A stretch of DNA of 64,000 bases from positions 9,003 to 73,002 of the forward strand of contig JBLIDK010000003.1 of the NCBI GenBank assembly GCA_047632595.1, given 5' to 3'. A model generated the notes under the pieces. It made no database searches and was not told the DNA's origin. It saw only the letters and a list, made by a program, of their open reading frames with translations. The stretch comes from Sphingobacteriales bacterium. Lineage in GTDB: Bacteria; Bacteroidota; Bacteroidia; Sphingobacteriales; Sphingobacteriaceae. Numbering within the stretch: the stretch's first letter is position 1; each line of letters begins with the position of its first letter. Below are positions 18,846 through 28,555 of this stretch, one piece after another. A program made the position numbers and the translations under genes.

Positions 18846-19733
18846 ATGAATCACGATAGCTGCGTAGTTTGCAATAGCTTAAACCTCGAAGACTTTTTAA
18901 TAGTAGAAGATTATACTGTAAGTGGAGAAGAATTTCCATTAGTAAAGTGTAATGACTGCGGTATTGCAATGACCCAAACTGTTCCAACTGAAGAAGAAAT
19001 TGGTAGTTACTACAAAAGCGATGACTACATTTCTCATAGCGACACTCAAGAGGGATTAATGAACTCAATGTATCACAAAGTGCGAAAGTACATGCTAGGT
19101 AAAAAGAGTCAAATAGTAAGTGATTTTACTGGATTAAGTAAAGGGTCACTTCTGGATATTGGTTGTGGTACTGGCTATTTTGGGGGTGAAATGACCTCAA
19201 AAGGGTGGAGTGTAATGGGATTAGAACCTAGCCCAGAAGCAAGACTTGTTGCAGTGTCTAAATTTGGATTGCAAGCCAAAGACCCATCAGAATTATATAA
19301 ACTAGAAGCAGAGAAATTTGATGCAGTTACTATGTGGCATGTGCTTGAGCATGTTCATAAGCTAAACGAATATCTACAAACGATTCATAAGGTATTAAAG
19401 CCTGGAGGCTTGCTATTAATTGCAGTGCCAAATCATGAATCGTTTGATGCCAAGTATTATAAAAAGCATTGGGCGGCTTATGATGTGCCTCGTCATTTAT
19501 GGCATTTTACACCAAATTCAATGAATGAATTGGTTGAAAAGCATGGATTCACAATAGAAAAACATAAACGCATGCCTTTTGATGCCTTTTACGTGAGTTT
19601 GCTAAGTGAAAAATACAGAAACAATAAATTGGCTCTGCTAATGGGTGGATTGATTGGAAAATTAAGCTGGATTAATAGCTGGTCAAGTGCAAAAAAATGT
19701 AGCTCTGTAATTTATTTGTGTCGCAAGAACTAA
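18846..19733 (+). CDS. Class I SAM-dependent methyltransferase with an N-terminal Cys4 ribbon
   Basis: LLDIGCGTGYFG SAM motif. The N-terminus has CVVCNS...CNDCG. Confidence 0.8.
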   Translation: MNHDSCVVCNSLNLEDFLIVEDYTVSGEEFPLVKCNDCGIAMTQTVPTEEEIGSYYKSDDYISHSDTQEGLMNSMYHKVRKYMLGKKSQIVSDFTGLSKGSLLDIGCGTGYFGGEMTSKGWSVMGLEPSPEARLVAVSKFGLQAKDPSELYKLEAEKFDAVTMWHVLEHVHKLNEYLQTIHKVLKPGGLLLIAVPNHESFDAKYYKKHWAAYDVPRHLWHFTPNSMNELVEKHGFTIEKHKRMPFDAFYVSLLSEKYRNNKLALLMGGLIGKLSWINSWSSAKKCSSVIYLCRKN

Positions 19734-20494
19734 TCTACTTTACTCCACCAGTTTTTTGGAGAGGTACTACTCACTTTTATTCCATCTAATATATAATTTT
19801 CTCCTCTACTAGCACTCAACAGAATATCTCCGTGAAGATTGTAGTCATCCCAAGGGGTAGTAAAGTTTGGAGTGTCTTGCTTAGCTTTATTATAAAAGTC
19901 CCATTGTTTTACCAAATGGTCAACAGTGTCTACGTAAATAAAGTATTTGTTTTGCGGAGTTCTGCCAGTTTCTTTAAAAGTTAAACAAATTACTTCGGCA
20001 TTAATGCCAGCATTTGTTGTATCCATACCTAAGTGGTTCAAAGTAACGCCCGTATCTTTCAACTTATAAGGCATTACCAGCCAATAGCTGTCATTTATCC
20101 AGATATCCATTCCTTTTTCTAAAAGTATTTTTAAAGAATCAGGCTCGGTTATTTTTTTTCCAGAAATAAAAACATCTCCTTCCATTGAGAAAAGGTTGAA
20201 TTGAAATACGCTTGTATCTTTTCGGAAAGAAGTAATTTCAACATCTCCGGTGTACTTATCCCAAATGTGATTTCGTGCGCCAAAAAAGCTCCAATGTATA
20301 AACCGACTTTTATCCCAGTTTGCTCTTCCACCCATGGCTTCCATAACTTGGTCGGCTACTTTGATTGCTAAGGAGTCTGAATTTAGATGATCAAAACCAA
20401 TAGCAGCAGGGTTTGCATCTTTGGTATTAGTAATCACAGCATTATTGCAAGCCTGCAATAATGCCACAAGAATTAATAATTGTACGAATCTCAT
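19730..20494 (-). CDS. Hypothetical lipoprotein, immediately downstream of floA
   Basis: Lipoprotein signal LLQACNN. It lies 4 nt after the floA stop. I recognise no family. Confidence 0.55.
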   Translation of the reverse strand: MRFVQLLILVALLQACNNAVITNTKDANPAAIGFDHLNSDSLAIKVADQVMEAMGGRANWDKSRFIHWSFFGARNHIWDKYTGDVEITSFRKDTSVFQFNLFSMEGDVFISGKKITEPDSLKILLEKGMDIWINDSYWLVMPYKLKDTGVTLNHLGMDTTNAGINAEVICLTFKETGRTPQNKYFIYVDTVDHLVKQWDFYNKAKQDTPNFTTPWDDYNLHGDILLSASRGENYILDGIKVSSTSPKNWWSKVD

Positions 20495-20498
20495 TTTA

Positions 20499-21470
20499 CT
20501 ATTTCCCAGATTTTTTTCCTGGTTTAGAAATAGACGTACGCATATCTGTATCAGCTTCGATGTTTTGCATTCTGTAATAATCCATAATGCCTAAGTTTCC
20601 AGATCTAAATGCTTCAGCAATTGCCATAGGGATTTCTTTCTCAGCCATTATAACTTGTGCTCTTGCTTCTTCTGCCTTAGCTTTCATTTCTTGCTCATTT
20701 GCAACAGCCATTGCTCTTCGCTCTTCAGCTTTAGCGTTTGCTACTTTTAAATCAGCTTCAGCTTGATCAGTTTGGAGTTTTGCACCAATATTATCACCAA
20801 TATCAATATCAGCGATATCAATTGAAAGAATTTCGAATGCTGTACCAGAATCTAACCCTTTTCCAAGAACTGTTTTTGAAATAGTATCTGGATTTTCTAA
20901 AACAGCTTTGTGACTCACTGCTGAACCAATTGTAGTTACAATTCCTTCACCTACTCTGGCAAGAATTGTGTCTTCTCCAGCACCACCCACTAATTGCGCA
21001 ATGTTTGCTCTTACTGTAACTCTTGCTTTAGCGATTAACTGAATACCATCTTTTGCAACAGCAGCTACAGGTGGGGTGTTTATTACTTGTGGATTTACTG
21101 AAAGTTGAACTGCTTCCGAAACATCTCTACCTGCTAAGTCGATGGCAGTTGCCATTTTAAAGGTTAATGGCATGTTTGCCTTGTCGGCAGATATTAATGC
21201 TTTTACCACGTTGTTTACGTGCCCACCAGCTAAATAGTGAGTTTCTAATTCGTTTGAAGTAATTTGAAGTCCTGCTTTGGTTGAAGTAATTAACGCATTT
21301 ACCATAATACTTGGCGGTACTTTTCTTAAACGCATTAATACTAATGTCAAAAGACTTATTCTAACTCCAGATAGCTGAGCAGTTATCCATAAGTTTAATG
21401 GGAAAAGATAAAGGATTAGAAAAAAGGCAACGATTGACCCAATTATAAGGGCGATTGTAAAGAATTCCAT
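20499..21470 (-). CDS. floA: Flotillin-like protein FloA (UPF0365/YqfA family)
   Basis: An N-terminal TM segment is followed by a strongly FloA-like SPFH region ([21 protein letters not shown]...AIDLAGRDV...[15 protein letters not shown]). The tail is AEA-rich. Confidence 0.88.
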   Translation of the reverse strand: MEFFTIALIIGSIVAFFLILYLFPLNLWITAQLSGVRISLLTLVLMRLRKVPPSIMVNALITSTKAGLQITSNELETHYLAGGHVNNVVKALISADKANMPLTFKMATAIDLAGRDVSEAVQLSVNPQVINTPPVAAVAKDGIQLIAKARVTVRANIAQLVGGAGEDTILARVGEGIVTTIGSAVSHKAVLENPDTISKTVLGKGLDSGTAFEILSIDIADIDIGDNIGAKLQTDQAEADLKVANAKAEERRAMAVANEQEMKAKAEEARAQVIMAEKEIPMAIAEAFRSGNLGIMDYYRMQNIEADTDMRTSISKPGKKSGK

Positions 21471-21514
21471 AGTTATTTAATTATTACGTGAAATTAGGTT
21501 ATCTATTGGTAAAA

Positions 21515-22423
21515 TTAGAATAAAGGGCTTTGAATTTCTAATATTTCTAATCCTTCTTCAAAACTGTGGGGTTTGTATCCCAATATTTTCTTTGAATGCT
21601 CAAGCAAAATACCCGTTTTTTTAGGTCTTTGAGCTCTTTGGTTTAGTGTGTCAGAGCTAATTGAATTGATAATTGATTTATCTAATTTGTAAAAATCTGC
21701 AATGCGTTCAACTAATTCTAAAATCGACATGAAATCATCTCCTCCGATATTAAATACACCTTTGGTTTTAGAGTCCATTAAAAGTTTACAACCAGCTGCT
21801 AAATCTTCGGCAAGTGTAGGAGTTCTAAATTGGTCCATTACAATATTTATTGGCTTGCCGTTTTTTAAGGCTTCTCGAGCCCATAACACAATGTTAGAGC
21901 GACTCATATTGTCACAAATTCCATAAACTAAAATAGTACGAGCAATTGCCCAACTGTGGCATTTATTTTTTACAATTTCTTCAGAAGCTAATTTTGATTT
22001 TCCATAAAAACTTAAAGGATTTGCAAAGCTATCTTCAGCGTAAGGACCCTCTTCACCATCAAAAATAAAATCCGTACTTAAATGAATGAAATGTGCTTTG
22101 CATTTATTTGATTCAGTAACTAAATAGTCAACTGCATTAACGTTTAAATCCCAACAGCCATCTTGATTATCTTCACAAGAATCAACATTGGTCATTGCTG
22201 CGGTGTTAATTACTACTTGTGGTTGAAATTCAGCAAAGCATTCCTTTACTTTTTGCGGATTAGTAATGTCAAGGGAGTGGTATGTGTATCCTTTAACTGA
22301 GGGGAATCTGTTTTCTCCAACGGAAGTTGCGATAAGATCATAGTCAGGAGAAAAAGCAATTAGTTTAATTAGTTTTTGCCCTAATAGACCATTACTGCCA
22401 GTTATTAATATTGTTTTTTTCAT
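21515..22423 (-). CDS. SDR-family NAD(P)-dependent reductase, RmlD (dTDP-4-dehydrorhamnose reductase)-like
   Basis: ILITGSNGLLGQ Rossmann motif, YGKSK catalytic region, ~300 aa. Confidence 0.65.
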   Translation of the reverse strand: MKKTILITGSNGLLGQKLIKLIAFSPDYDLIATSVGENRFPSVKGYTYHSLDITNPQKVKECFAEFQPQVVINTAAMTNVDSCEDNQDGCWDLNVNAVDYLVTESNKCKAHFIHLSTDFIFDGEEGPYAEDSFANPLSFYGKSKLASEEIVKNKCHSWAIARTILVYGICDNMSRSNIVLWAREALKNGKPINIVMDQFRTPTLAEDLAAGCKLLMDSKTKGVFNIGGDDFMSILELVERIADFYKLDKSIINSISSDTLNQRAQRPKKTGILLEHSKKILGYKPHSFEEGLEILEIQSPLF

Positions 22424-22425
22424 AG

Positions 22426-24933
22426 TTAAAATGAGAAAGCTGCAGAAATCTTAAATCCGAAGCGATTTATGTTTATGCCGGGGTTAATTAGCTGGTAAGT
22501 CCTAACATACTCTTTGTCAATATACGAAAGTCTATAAACCGCATCAATTCTGAAGATATACAAAATATTTTCTACGCCTAAATTTGCTTCCATGTAGGGT
22601 TTTTTTTCAAGGGTGGAGAAAGCTTCAACTCCTTGAAAATCGTCGTTAAGATTACTCAACCGACCTGCTAATGCTCTAAATCCTGCTACTTCACGAAATT
22701 TCAACTTCCTCAACACAGGAATTCTATTTAAAAAGATGCCCTGAAAATGATGTTCAATTTTAAACTCTACATATTCATCACTTATAAATTCAAAGAAATT
22801 CATAAGGTTGTAACTACTAGTTTTAAAAAATAAAGTTTGATTTCCAGGATGCACAGCTAAGAGAGGAAAGGGAATGGAAGTGAAGATTTTCCCACCAGTA
22901 AATGAGTACCTACTATAACCTAAAACCCCAAGTCTCAACCTATGTCTATAAACTAAACCAACTTTTTGATAATTAAACTCACTTCCAGCAATTCCTTCAA
23001 CACCTAAAGTGTAGGAGGTGATAAAAACAGGAGCATACAAACTACCAAGGTTAACTCTTTCATTGTCGTTAAACAAACTGTATGACTTTGGAGTGAAATT
23101 CAAGCCTAGAGCAAACTCTGAGGTGTTAAAACCTTTTTTATTTATACTATTTACCCCTTCAAGAGTACTAGCAATGGGGTTAAATCGAATATTCTTTGCA
23201 GATACTGTTGTTGTTAACCAAGGCGACAATTCTCTTCTAGCTGAAAAAGTGTGTTCCAATCGTTTATTAATTTTTGCATATTCTAGAATGTTACTTGTAT
23301 CTGATTGATTGTTGTTTCTGCTAGTTCCAAAAACGGATGAATTACCAAAATTGAAAGCAATTCCATTTTGACTTATATCGTCTTTTCTTTCTAGAGAAAA
23401 TCTAGTAAATGGGTCTCTACTTGCAATAAAATCTATTTTTGCTTGATGTTTAAATTTTTGATCCCGAGTTCCATAGGCTAAATAGCCAGATAGAATCCAT
23501 TTATCGCTAAACTTTATGTTTGTTCTACCCCCTAAATTAAAACGAGCTCCTTCTAAAACGTTTAGTGAAATTATATTGGGGATAGGTCCAAAATCCCAGT
23601 ATCGAGTTGAGAAATACCCAGTGCTAAATATGTAAAAGGCACTTACTACATTTCTTATTAGTGATAGTTCACTTAAGGAATCAATCATTTTTATTCCTTG
23701 TTCGTCAACAGTAGTTAATGGGTCGTGTCTGTAATTACTCCAAAAAACAGTGTCTTTAGTGAGAGCGTCATCCTTTAAAACAAGGTTTTTCTCAAAAAAC
23801 CCTTCTTCTTTAGTTTGGTTAATTTTGATACTATCAACAGAAAAATAAAACTTGGCCATTGTGCCTACTGTGTTTTTACCAAGTTGAATAATGTCAACTA
23901 CCATTCGAGTTTTTTCTGGCAACAATTCTCCAGTTTCGCATTGGGTCAATGTTTGCTTTACGCTAATATCTTTTATCCAGTTTAGGTTTGCTTTTTTAGT
24001 GATTTCAAGGTCAACTTGAACTAATTTCCAGGAGTTTTTTGAAATCCAAATAAACCCAGTAAAAGCTAAATCCTGGTCATTTTTTGGTCTAACTTGAAGT
24101 TTATAACAGGTATCGGTATTAATTAAAACGCTATCAATTATAAAGAAATCATAGAAGACTAAGGCAGCATCGGCCAAAGGCGAAAGAAATTCTTTATCAA
24201 CTATTAATATGCGGTTATCATAAAAACTATACTCTTGAAAGGATGCTCCAGTAAATTGGGAAATTACATCGCCACCTCTTATTGCTACACCATATACATT
24301 TGAAGCTATTATATCCTCTCGGCGTTTTTTTGGATCTTTTTGATAATATAGTCGGGAAATGGTTTCTGTTTGAAGCACTGGTAAAACGGCTTCCCCATCT
24401 TCACCAGCAAGAACATTTAAACTATCGTATAAATTGCTAACAGGTTTGAATATTTTACGCTCGCCAAACTTATCACTTATGTTATCTACCGATAGCTGAA
24501 TCTTACTATAGCTTTCATATTCATAGCTTGTTAGATTACTTTTGTTGTAGATGCTTTTCATTGCAATAGCATTTCTAACTATTGCTAATGCAGGGTTTTC
24601 ACCAGCGGTAATTTCAATAGCATCTAAGCCAAAACTCTGTTCTTTTAATTGAAAATTAACTTGTTGCGTTTGTGCATTAGATAAATCTTTAGTTCTAGTC
24701 TCAAAACCAAGATAAGAAGCAGAAATAGAATCTTTTAGCTTGGATGCTTCAATTGTATAAAAGCCTTCAAAGTCAGAGGTTGTGCCCTCAAAAGTTCCTT
24801 TAAAAAACACCGTTACAAAGGGCATTCCTTCGCCTGTTTCAGCATCGGTAACTCTACCTTTTACCACAAATTGAGCGTTCAAAATTTGAACACCAATAAC
24901 AAAGCTTCCAAGTATGGATAAAAGGTATTTCAA
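22426..24933 (-). CDS. Carboxypeptidase-regulatory-like domain plus DUF5686-like outer-membrane protein
   Basis: Signal peptide. VKGRVTDAETGEGMPFVTVFF CarbopepD_reg-like N-terminus. An ~830-aa beta-rich body ending in F, typical of this Bacteroidetes family. Confidence 0.65.
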   Translation of the reverse strand: MKYLLSILGSFVIGVQILNAQFVVKGRVTDAETGEGMPFVTVFFKGTFEGTTSDFEGFYTIEASKLKDSISASYLGFETRTKDLSNAQTQQVNFQLKEQSFGLDAIEITAGENPALAIVRNAIAMKSIYNKSNLTSYEYESYSKIQLSVDNISDKFGERKIFKPVSNLYDSLNVLAGEDGEAVLPVLQTETISRLYYQKDPKKRREDIIASNVYGVAIRGGDVISQFTGASFQEYSFYDNRILIVDKEFLSPLADAALVFYDFFIIDSVLINTDTCYKLQVRPKNDQDLAFTGFIWISKNSWKLVQVDLEITKKANLNWIKDISVKQTLTQCETGELLPEKTRMVVDIIQLGKNTVGTMAKFYFSVDSIKINQTKEEGFFEKNLVLKDDALTKDTVFWSNYRHDPLTTVDEQGIKMIDSLSELSLIRNVVSAFYIFSTGYFSTRYWDFGPIPNIISLNVLEGARFNLGGRTNIKFSDKWILSGYLAYGTRDQKFKHQAKIDFIASRDPFTRFSLERKDDISQNGIAFNFGNSSVFGTSRNNNQSDTSNILEYAKINKRLEHTFSARRELSPWLTTTVSAKNIRFNPIASTLEGVNSINKKGFNTSEFALGLNFTPKSYSLFNDNERVNLGSLYAPVFITSYTLGVEGIAGSEFNYQKVGLVYRHRLRLGVLGYSRYSFTGGKIFTSIPFPLLAVHPGNQTLFFKTSSYNLMNFFEFISDEYVEFKIEHHFQGIFLNRIPVLRKLKFREVAGFRALAGRLSNLNDDFQGVEAFSTLEKKPYMEANLGVENILYIFRIDAVYRLSYIDKEYVRTYQLINPGININRFGFKISAAFSF

Positions 24934-24936
24934 AAA

Positions 24937-25362
24937 TTATTTTCTATTTAACACCATTTTATAGTGTTCGATATTAGCTTCCCAAAAAGTATCCCCTTCT
25001 TTTTTAAAGCCAAATGGTTCGTATAAGAAAACGGCACTTAATTGAGCGTTTAAATAAACTTCTTTGTCGGTTGGAACGTCGTTTAATGTTGCACTTACCA
25101 ACGCTTTACCAATACCTTTTTTTCTAAACTGTTTGAGAACAGCAAAGCGTTCTAGTTTAATTTTACCTTCTGGTGTTTTTCTCCACCTAGCCGTTCCAGC
25201 AGGAATTTCGTTAATTGTAGCAAGATATTGCTCAGAAATATCATCCAAACCGTCATATTCTTCCTCTCTATCAACTTGTTGTTCTTCCACAAAAACTACT
25301 TGCCTTATTTTAAAAGCTTCAACAAGCTCAGCAGGATTTTCTATCTTTTTAACTTTTATCAC
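24937..25362 (-). CDS. GNAT family N-acetyltransferase
   Basis: 141 aa. The RKKGIGKALV acetyl-CoA-binding motif (R/Q-x-x-G-x-G/A) is present. Confidence 0.8.
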   Translation of the reverse strand: MIKVKKIENPAELVEAFKIRQVVFVEEQQVDREEEYDGLDDISEQYLATINEIPAGTARWRKTPEGKIKLERFAVLKQFRKKGIGKALVSATLNDVPTDKEVYLNAQLSAVFLYEPFGFKKEGDTFWEANIEHYKMVLNRK

Positions 25363-25447
25363 TTTATTGACGATTTTTCACCACGAAGTTAAGAGTATTG
25401 TATATTTACTTCACTAATTTTCTAGTAATTACTCAAATACAAAGGTA

Positions 25448-25774
25448 TTGACTAAGATTAAAGTTTTAGGTATTGATTTAGATTCTAACTATCGCTGCAA
25501 ACATTACAATGCAATTGAGGATGTAGTGGCAATAAAAATGGCTTGTTGCAAGACCTATTATGCATGTATAGAATGTCATAATGAGTTAGCCCAACATAAA
25601 TCGTTAAAATGGGAACGAAGCGAGCAAAGTGCTTTAGCTGTTTTATGCGGAAAATGTAATGGGGAGTTTTCAATTCAAACCTACTTAAGCTCATCTGAAA
25701 GTTGCCCAATTTGTAAGGCAGCTTTTAACTCTAAATGTAAAAACCATCATCCTTTGTATTTCAAAATTAAATAG
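25448..25774 (+). CDS. CHY-type zinc-finger protein
   Basis: CKHY...CC..YY.C.ECHNE..QH pattern plus a C-terminal CGKC...CPIC. TTG is the only start available ahead of the motif. Confidence 0.6.
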   Translation: MTKIKVLGIDLDSNYRCKHYNAIEDVVAIKMACCKTYYACIECHNELAQHKSLKWERSEQSALAVLCGKCNGEFSIQTYLSSSESCPICKAAFNSKCKNHHPLYFKIK

Positions 25775-25777
25775 TTT

Positions 25778-26125
25778 ATGGCATACGACGAATATTTGGC
25801 GGATAGAATAAGAGCACTATTTAAACAACGAAACCTTCCAATTAGAGAAATGAATATGATGGGTGGTTATTGTGTGATGTTGGATGAAAAAATGTGTGTT
25901 GGCATTGTAAAAGAACATTTAATGGCGCGAGTAGGACCGGCTAATTATGAAAAAGCACTGCAAATAAATGGAGCAAAGCCTATGGGTTTTACGGGTCGAC
26001 CTATGAAAGGATATGTTTTTGTAGCTCCAGAAGCAATTGATACGGATAAAGATTTAGACCTTTGGATTGGGCTTAGTGTAGCCTATAATCCTGAGGCCAA
26101 ATCAAGTAAAAAGAAGAAAAAGTAA
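25778..26125 (+). CDS. TfoX/Sxy N-terminal-domain family protein
   Basis: The sequence MAYDEYLADRIR...EMNMMGGYCVMLDEKMCVGI...MARVGP...GRPMKGYVFV resembles the TfoX_N pattern. Confidence 0.65.
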   Translation: MAYDEYLADRIRALFKQRNLPIREMNMMGGYCVMLDEKMCVGIVKEHLMARVGPANYEKALQINGAKPMGFTGRPMKGYVFVAPEAIDTDKDLDLWIGLSVAYNPEAKSSKKKKK

Positions 26126-27523
26126 ATGACCTTATCAAAAAAACAGCTAATCATTACAGTTCTGTTCTTTTTTCTCCTCTACAGCTATCAATTTATCAAT
26201 GGTTCTGGTAGGATTTCTGCTAACGATGGGGGGCATATTTCCCTGGCAAAAGCTATTTATCATGACCATAGTTTAGAAATTGAAAAGTACTTCGGTGAAT
26301 ATGCTTACTGTCCAGATTATGCAGCAAAAGATGGAAAGATTTATTCTGATCGTTTACCGGGTAATGCCTTTTTAATAATTCCCTTTTTTGCTTTCGCAGA
26401 CGGGTTGGAATTTATTGGTTTAAACTTTAGCGATAATAAGGATTTTGAAATTGTTGTAGCTCATTTATTACCCACTATTTGTGGAACCTTAGCGTTGTTT
26501 TTGTTTTATTTAATTCTTCTTAACGAGTTGAAAATTAGTTGGAAGAGCTCCATTATAACTGTAATTATAGTTGCTTTTGGCTCTTTTCAAATACAGATTT
26601 CGAGTATGTTGTTTTCTCATGCTCCTTCTATGTTTTTTGCAATGCTTTCAATTTATATGACATTAAAAATTGCGAGGAAAGAAAGTAATCTCGAGCATTG
26701 GTTGATTCTTTCTTTTGCTTTAGGATTTGGAACACTCATAGAGTTACAAAACTTATTATTTGCCATGCCTATTGGCGTGTTTATTTTAGGTAGCAAAAAG
26801 CTTAACTTAAAAAAAGAGTGGAGGGGGTATATTCTTAAAATTGGACTTTCACTCATGGTTTTCCTAACTTTTATAGGATTACTTTATACTTATAATTATT
26901 TGGCTTTTGGCGAATGGTTTCTAAAAAGCAATACCTATAACCCAGAGTTCCCTGAAGAAAAAAGTTTTTTAACCTCACTGTCTGGGAACTTCTTAATGGG
27001 TTTAGATAAGCTATTTACTAACTTTACCAGTTTAAATTATTACTACGATTGGGGTATTGCTATAAAGAATAAAACTCCTGGGTATTTTGCAAGTGCCCCT
27101 ATCTTTTTACTCTCACTATTTGGGTTAAGAAAATTATTTTTGAGAGATAGGGCACTGTTTTTTTTAATTGGAACAATGTGTGCATTAATAATAGCCGTAG
27201 CTGCTGCCCATGTTACCACGGTAACACGTCATATTTTTACTATAAATTTGTTGTTATTTGTGCCATTTGCTTTTATAATTGAAAGTTATTTCAATTGGAA
27301 GTCTAAAGCTTTACTAAAATATTCAGTTGAAATTGTAGTGCTAGTAATACTTATACTAAGCATTTGCAGGCAGTTTGTATTGACCAATTCCTATTTTAGC
27401 AGAAGTCTAGAGATGCCTCTAGCATATTGGGGTGAAATTTGGTTTTTCACATTGATTAACATCCCATTAATTGTATTTTTAACCTATCGTTTTTTAAAAA
27501 CTAGGAAAGAAATTATCTCGTAG
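26126..27523 (+). CDS. Polytopic membrane protein, GT-C (ArnT/GT39-like) glycosyltransferase candidate
   Basis: 465 aa with more than 10 predicted TM segments. The first loop is acidic (YAAKDGKIYSDRLPGN). It abuts the TfoX-like gene with no gap. Confidence 0.5.
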   Translation: MTLSKKQLIITVLFFFLLYSYQFINGSGRISANDGGHISLAKAIYHDHSLEIEKYFGEYAYCPDYAAKDGKIYSDRLPGNAFLIIPFFAFADGLEFIGLNFSDNKDFEIVVAHLLPTICGTLALFLFYLILLNELKISWKSSIITVIIVAFGSFQIQISSMLFSHAPSMFFAMLSIYMTLKIARKESNLEHWLILSFALGFGTLIELQNLLFAMPIGVFILGSKKLNLKKEWRGYILKIGLSLMVFLTFIGLLYTYNYLAFGEWFLKSNTYNPEFPEEKSFLTSLSGNFLMGLDKLFTNFTSLNYYYDWGIAIKNKTPGYFASAPIFLLSLFGLRKLFLRDRALFFLIGTMCALIIAVAAAHVTTVTRHIFTINLLLFVPFAFIIESYFNWKSKALLKYSVEIVVLVILILSICRQFVLTNSYFSRSLEMPLAYWGEIWFFTLINIPLIVFLTYRFLKTRKEIIS

Positions 27524-27546
27524 TTCATAGTAGCAAACAGTAGATC

Positions 27547-28551
27547 ATGAAAAAAACCTTACTATTAGCAGCTTTAAGTATTTGTTTAACTTCATTTGCA
27601 CAAGTACCTAAACAAGTAATTGTTGAGCATTTTACCAATACTTGGTGCAGTGCCTGTGCAAGTAGAAATCCTGCGTTTTTTGCGAATCTTGAGAATAACC
27701 CTGGCGTAATTCACATCGCCTTTCATCCTAGTTCGCCTTATTCAAAATGTATTTATAGCCAACATAATGTTGCTGAAAACGATAAACGCACAAAAGATTA
27801 CGGAATTTATGGTGGTACTCCTCGAATTGTAATTAACGGAGAAGTAATTTCGAGTCAGACAAACTATGGAGCGAGTAATTTATACGCCCCATATAAAGGG
27901 GATTCTTCAGATTTATCACTTTCAAGCACTATTTCTTCAAGTACCGATGACTCAGAAATTGAAGTTTTAGTAACCTTAACACCTGAAGTGGATACAGCTG
28001 CAGATTCGTTGTTGTTGTTTGTTTTTTTAGTGGAAGGTGAAACGCTTTACAACGCTCCAAACGGGGAAAATAAGCATCGCAATGTATTTAGGGCAGCAAT
28101 GACCAGTATTAGTGGCGAAATGTATTATCCTGCTAAAGGAAATGGAGAAAATGGCGCTGCAGAAGTTAAAGCCTATACAATCACCTCGCATATGGATTGG
28201 AGGCTATCGTCAATGGTGCCAATTGTTATTCTAGTAGATCCCATCACAAAAGAGCTATTACAAGCCAATCGTGGAGCTAATTTAGAACCAAGCGATCCTG
28301 AGCCTCCTTTATCTGTAAAAGAAAAGGTAAAAGGATTCTCGCTTTATCCAAACCCTGTTAATAACGAATTGCATATTGAGGCTGCTGAAATGCTAAACTC
28401 AATTAAGGTTTATAATGCTTTAGGAAAAAGAATGGTAGTGAAGATTAATAACGCACATGTTGTTGATGTTAGTGCATTAAAAAAAGGTGTTTATTTTGTT
28501 GAAGTGAATGGAGAAAATGCCAGCAACACGCAACGATTTATAAAACAGTAA
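27547..28551 (+). CDS. Secreted thioredoxin-like (WCSAC) protein with a T9SS type A sorting domain
   Basis: Signal peptide, EHFTNTWCSACASRNP CxxC motif, and a C-terminal LYPNPVNNELHIE tail. Confidence 0.7.
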   Translation: MKKTLLLAALSICLTSFAQVPKQVIVEHFTNTWCSACASRNPAFFANLENNPGVIHIAFHPSSPYSKCIYSQHNVAENDKRTKDYGIYGGTPRIVINGEVISSQTNYGASNLYAPYKGDSSDLSLSSTISSSTDDSEIEVLVTLTPEVDTAADSLLLFVFLVEGETLYNAPNGENKHRNVFRAAMTSISGEMYYPAKGNGENGAAEVKAYTITSHMDWRLSSMVPIVILVDPITKELLQANRGANLEPSDPEPPLSVKEKVKGFSLYPNPVNNELHIEAAEMLNSIKVYNALGKRMVVKINNAHVVDVSALKKGVYFVEVNGENASNTQRFIKQ

Positions 28552-28555
28552 GGAA

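Noticed and set aside
25064-25417. 117-aa plus-strand ORF
   Set aside because: It is antisense to the GNAT gene. The Ser/Leu-rich composition is typical of shadow frames.
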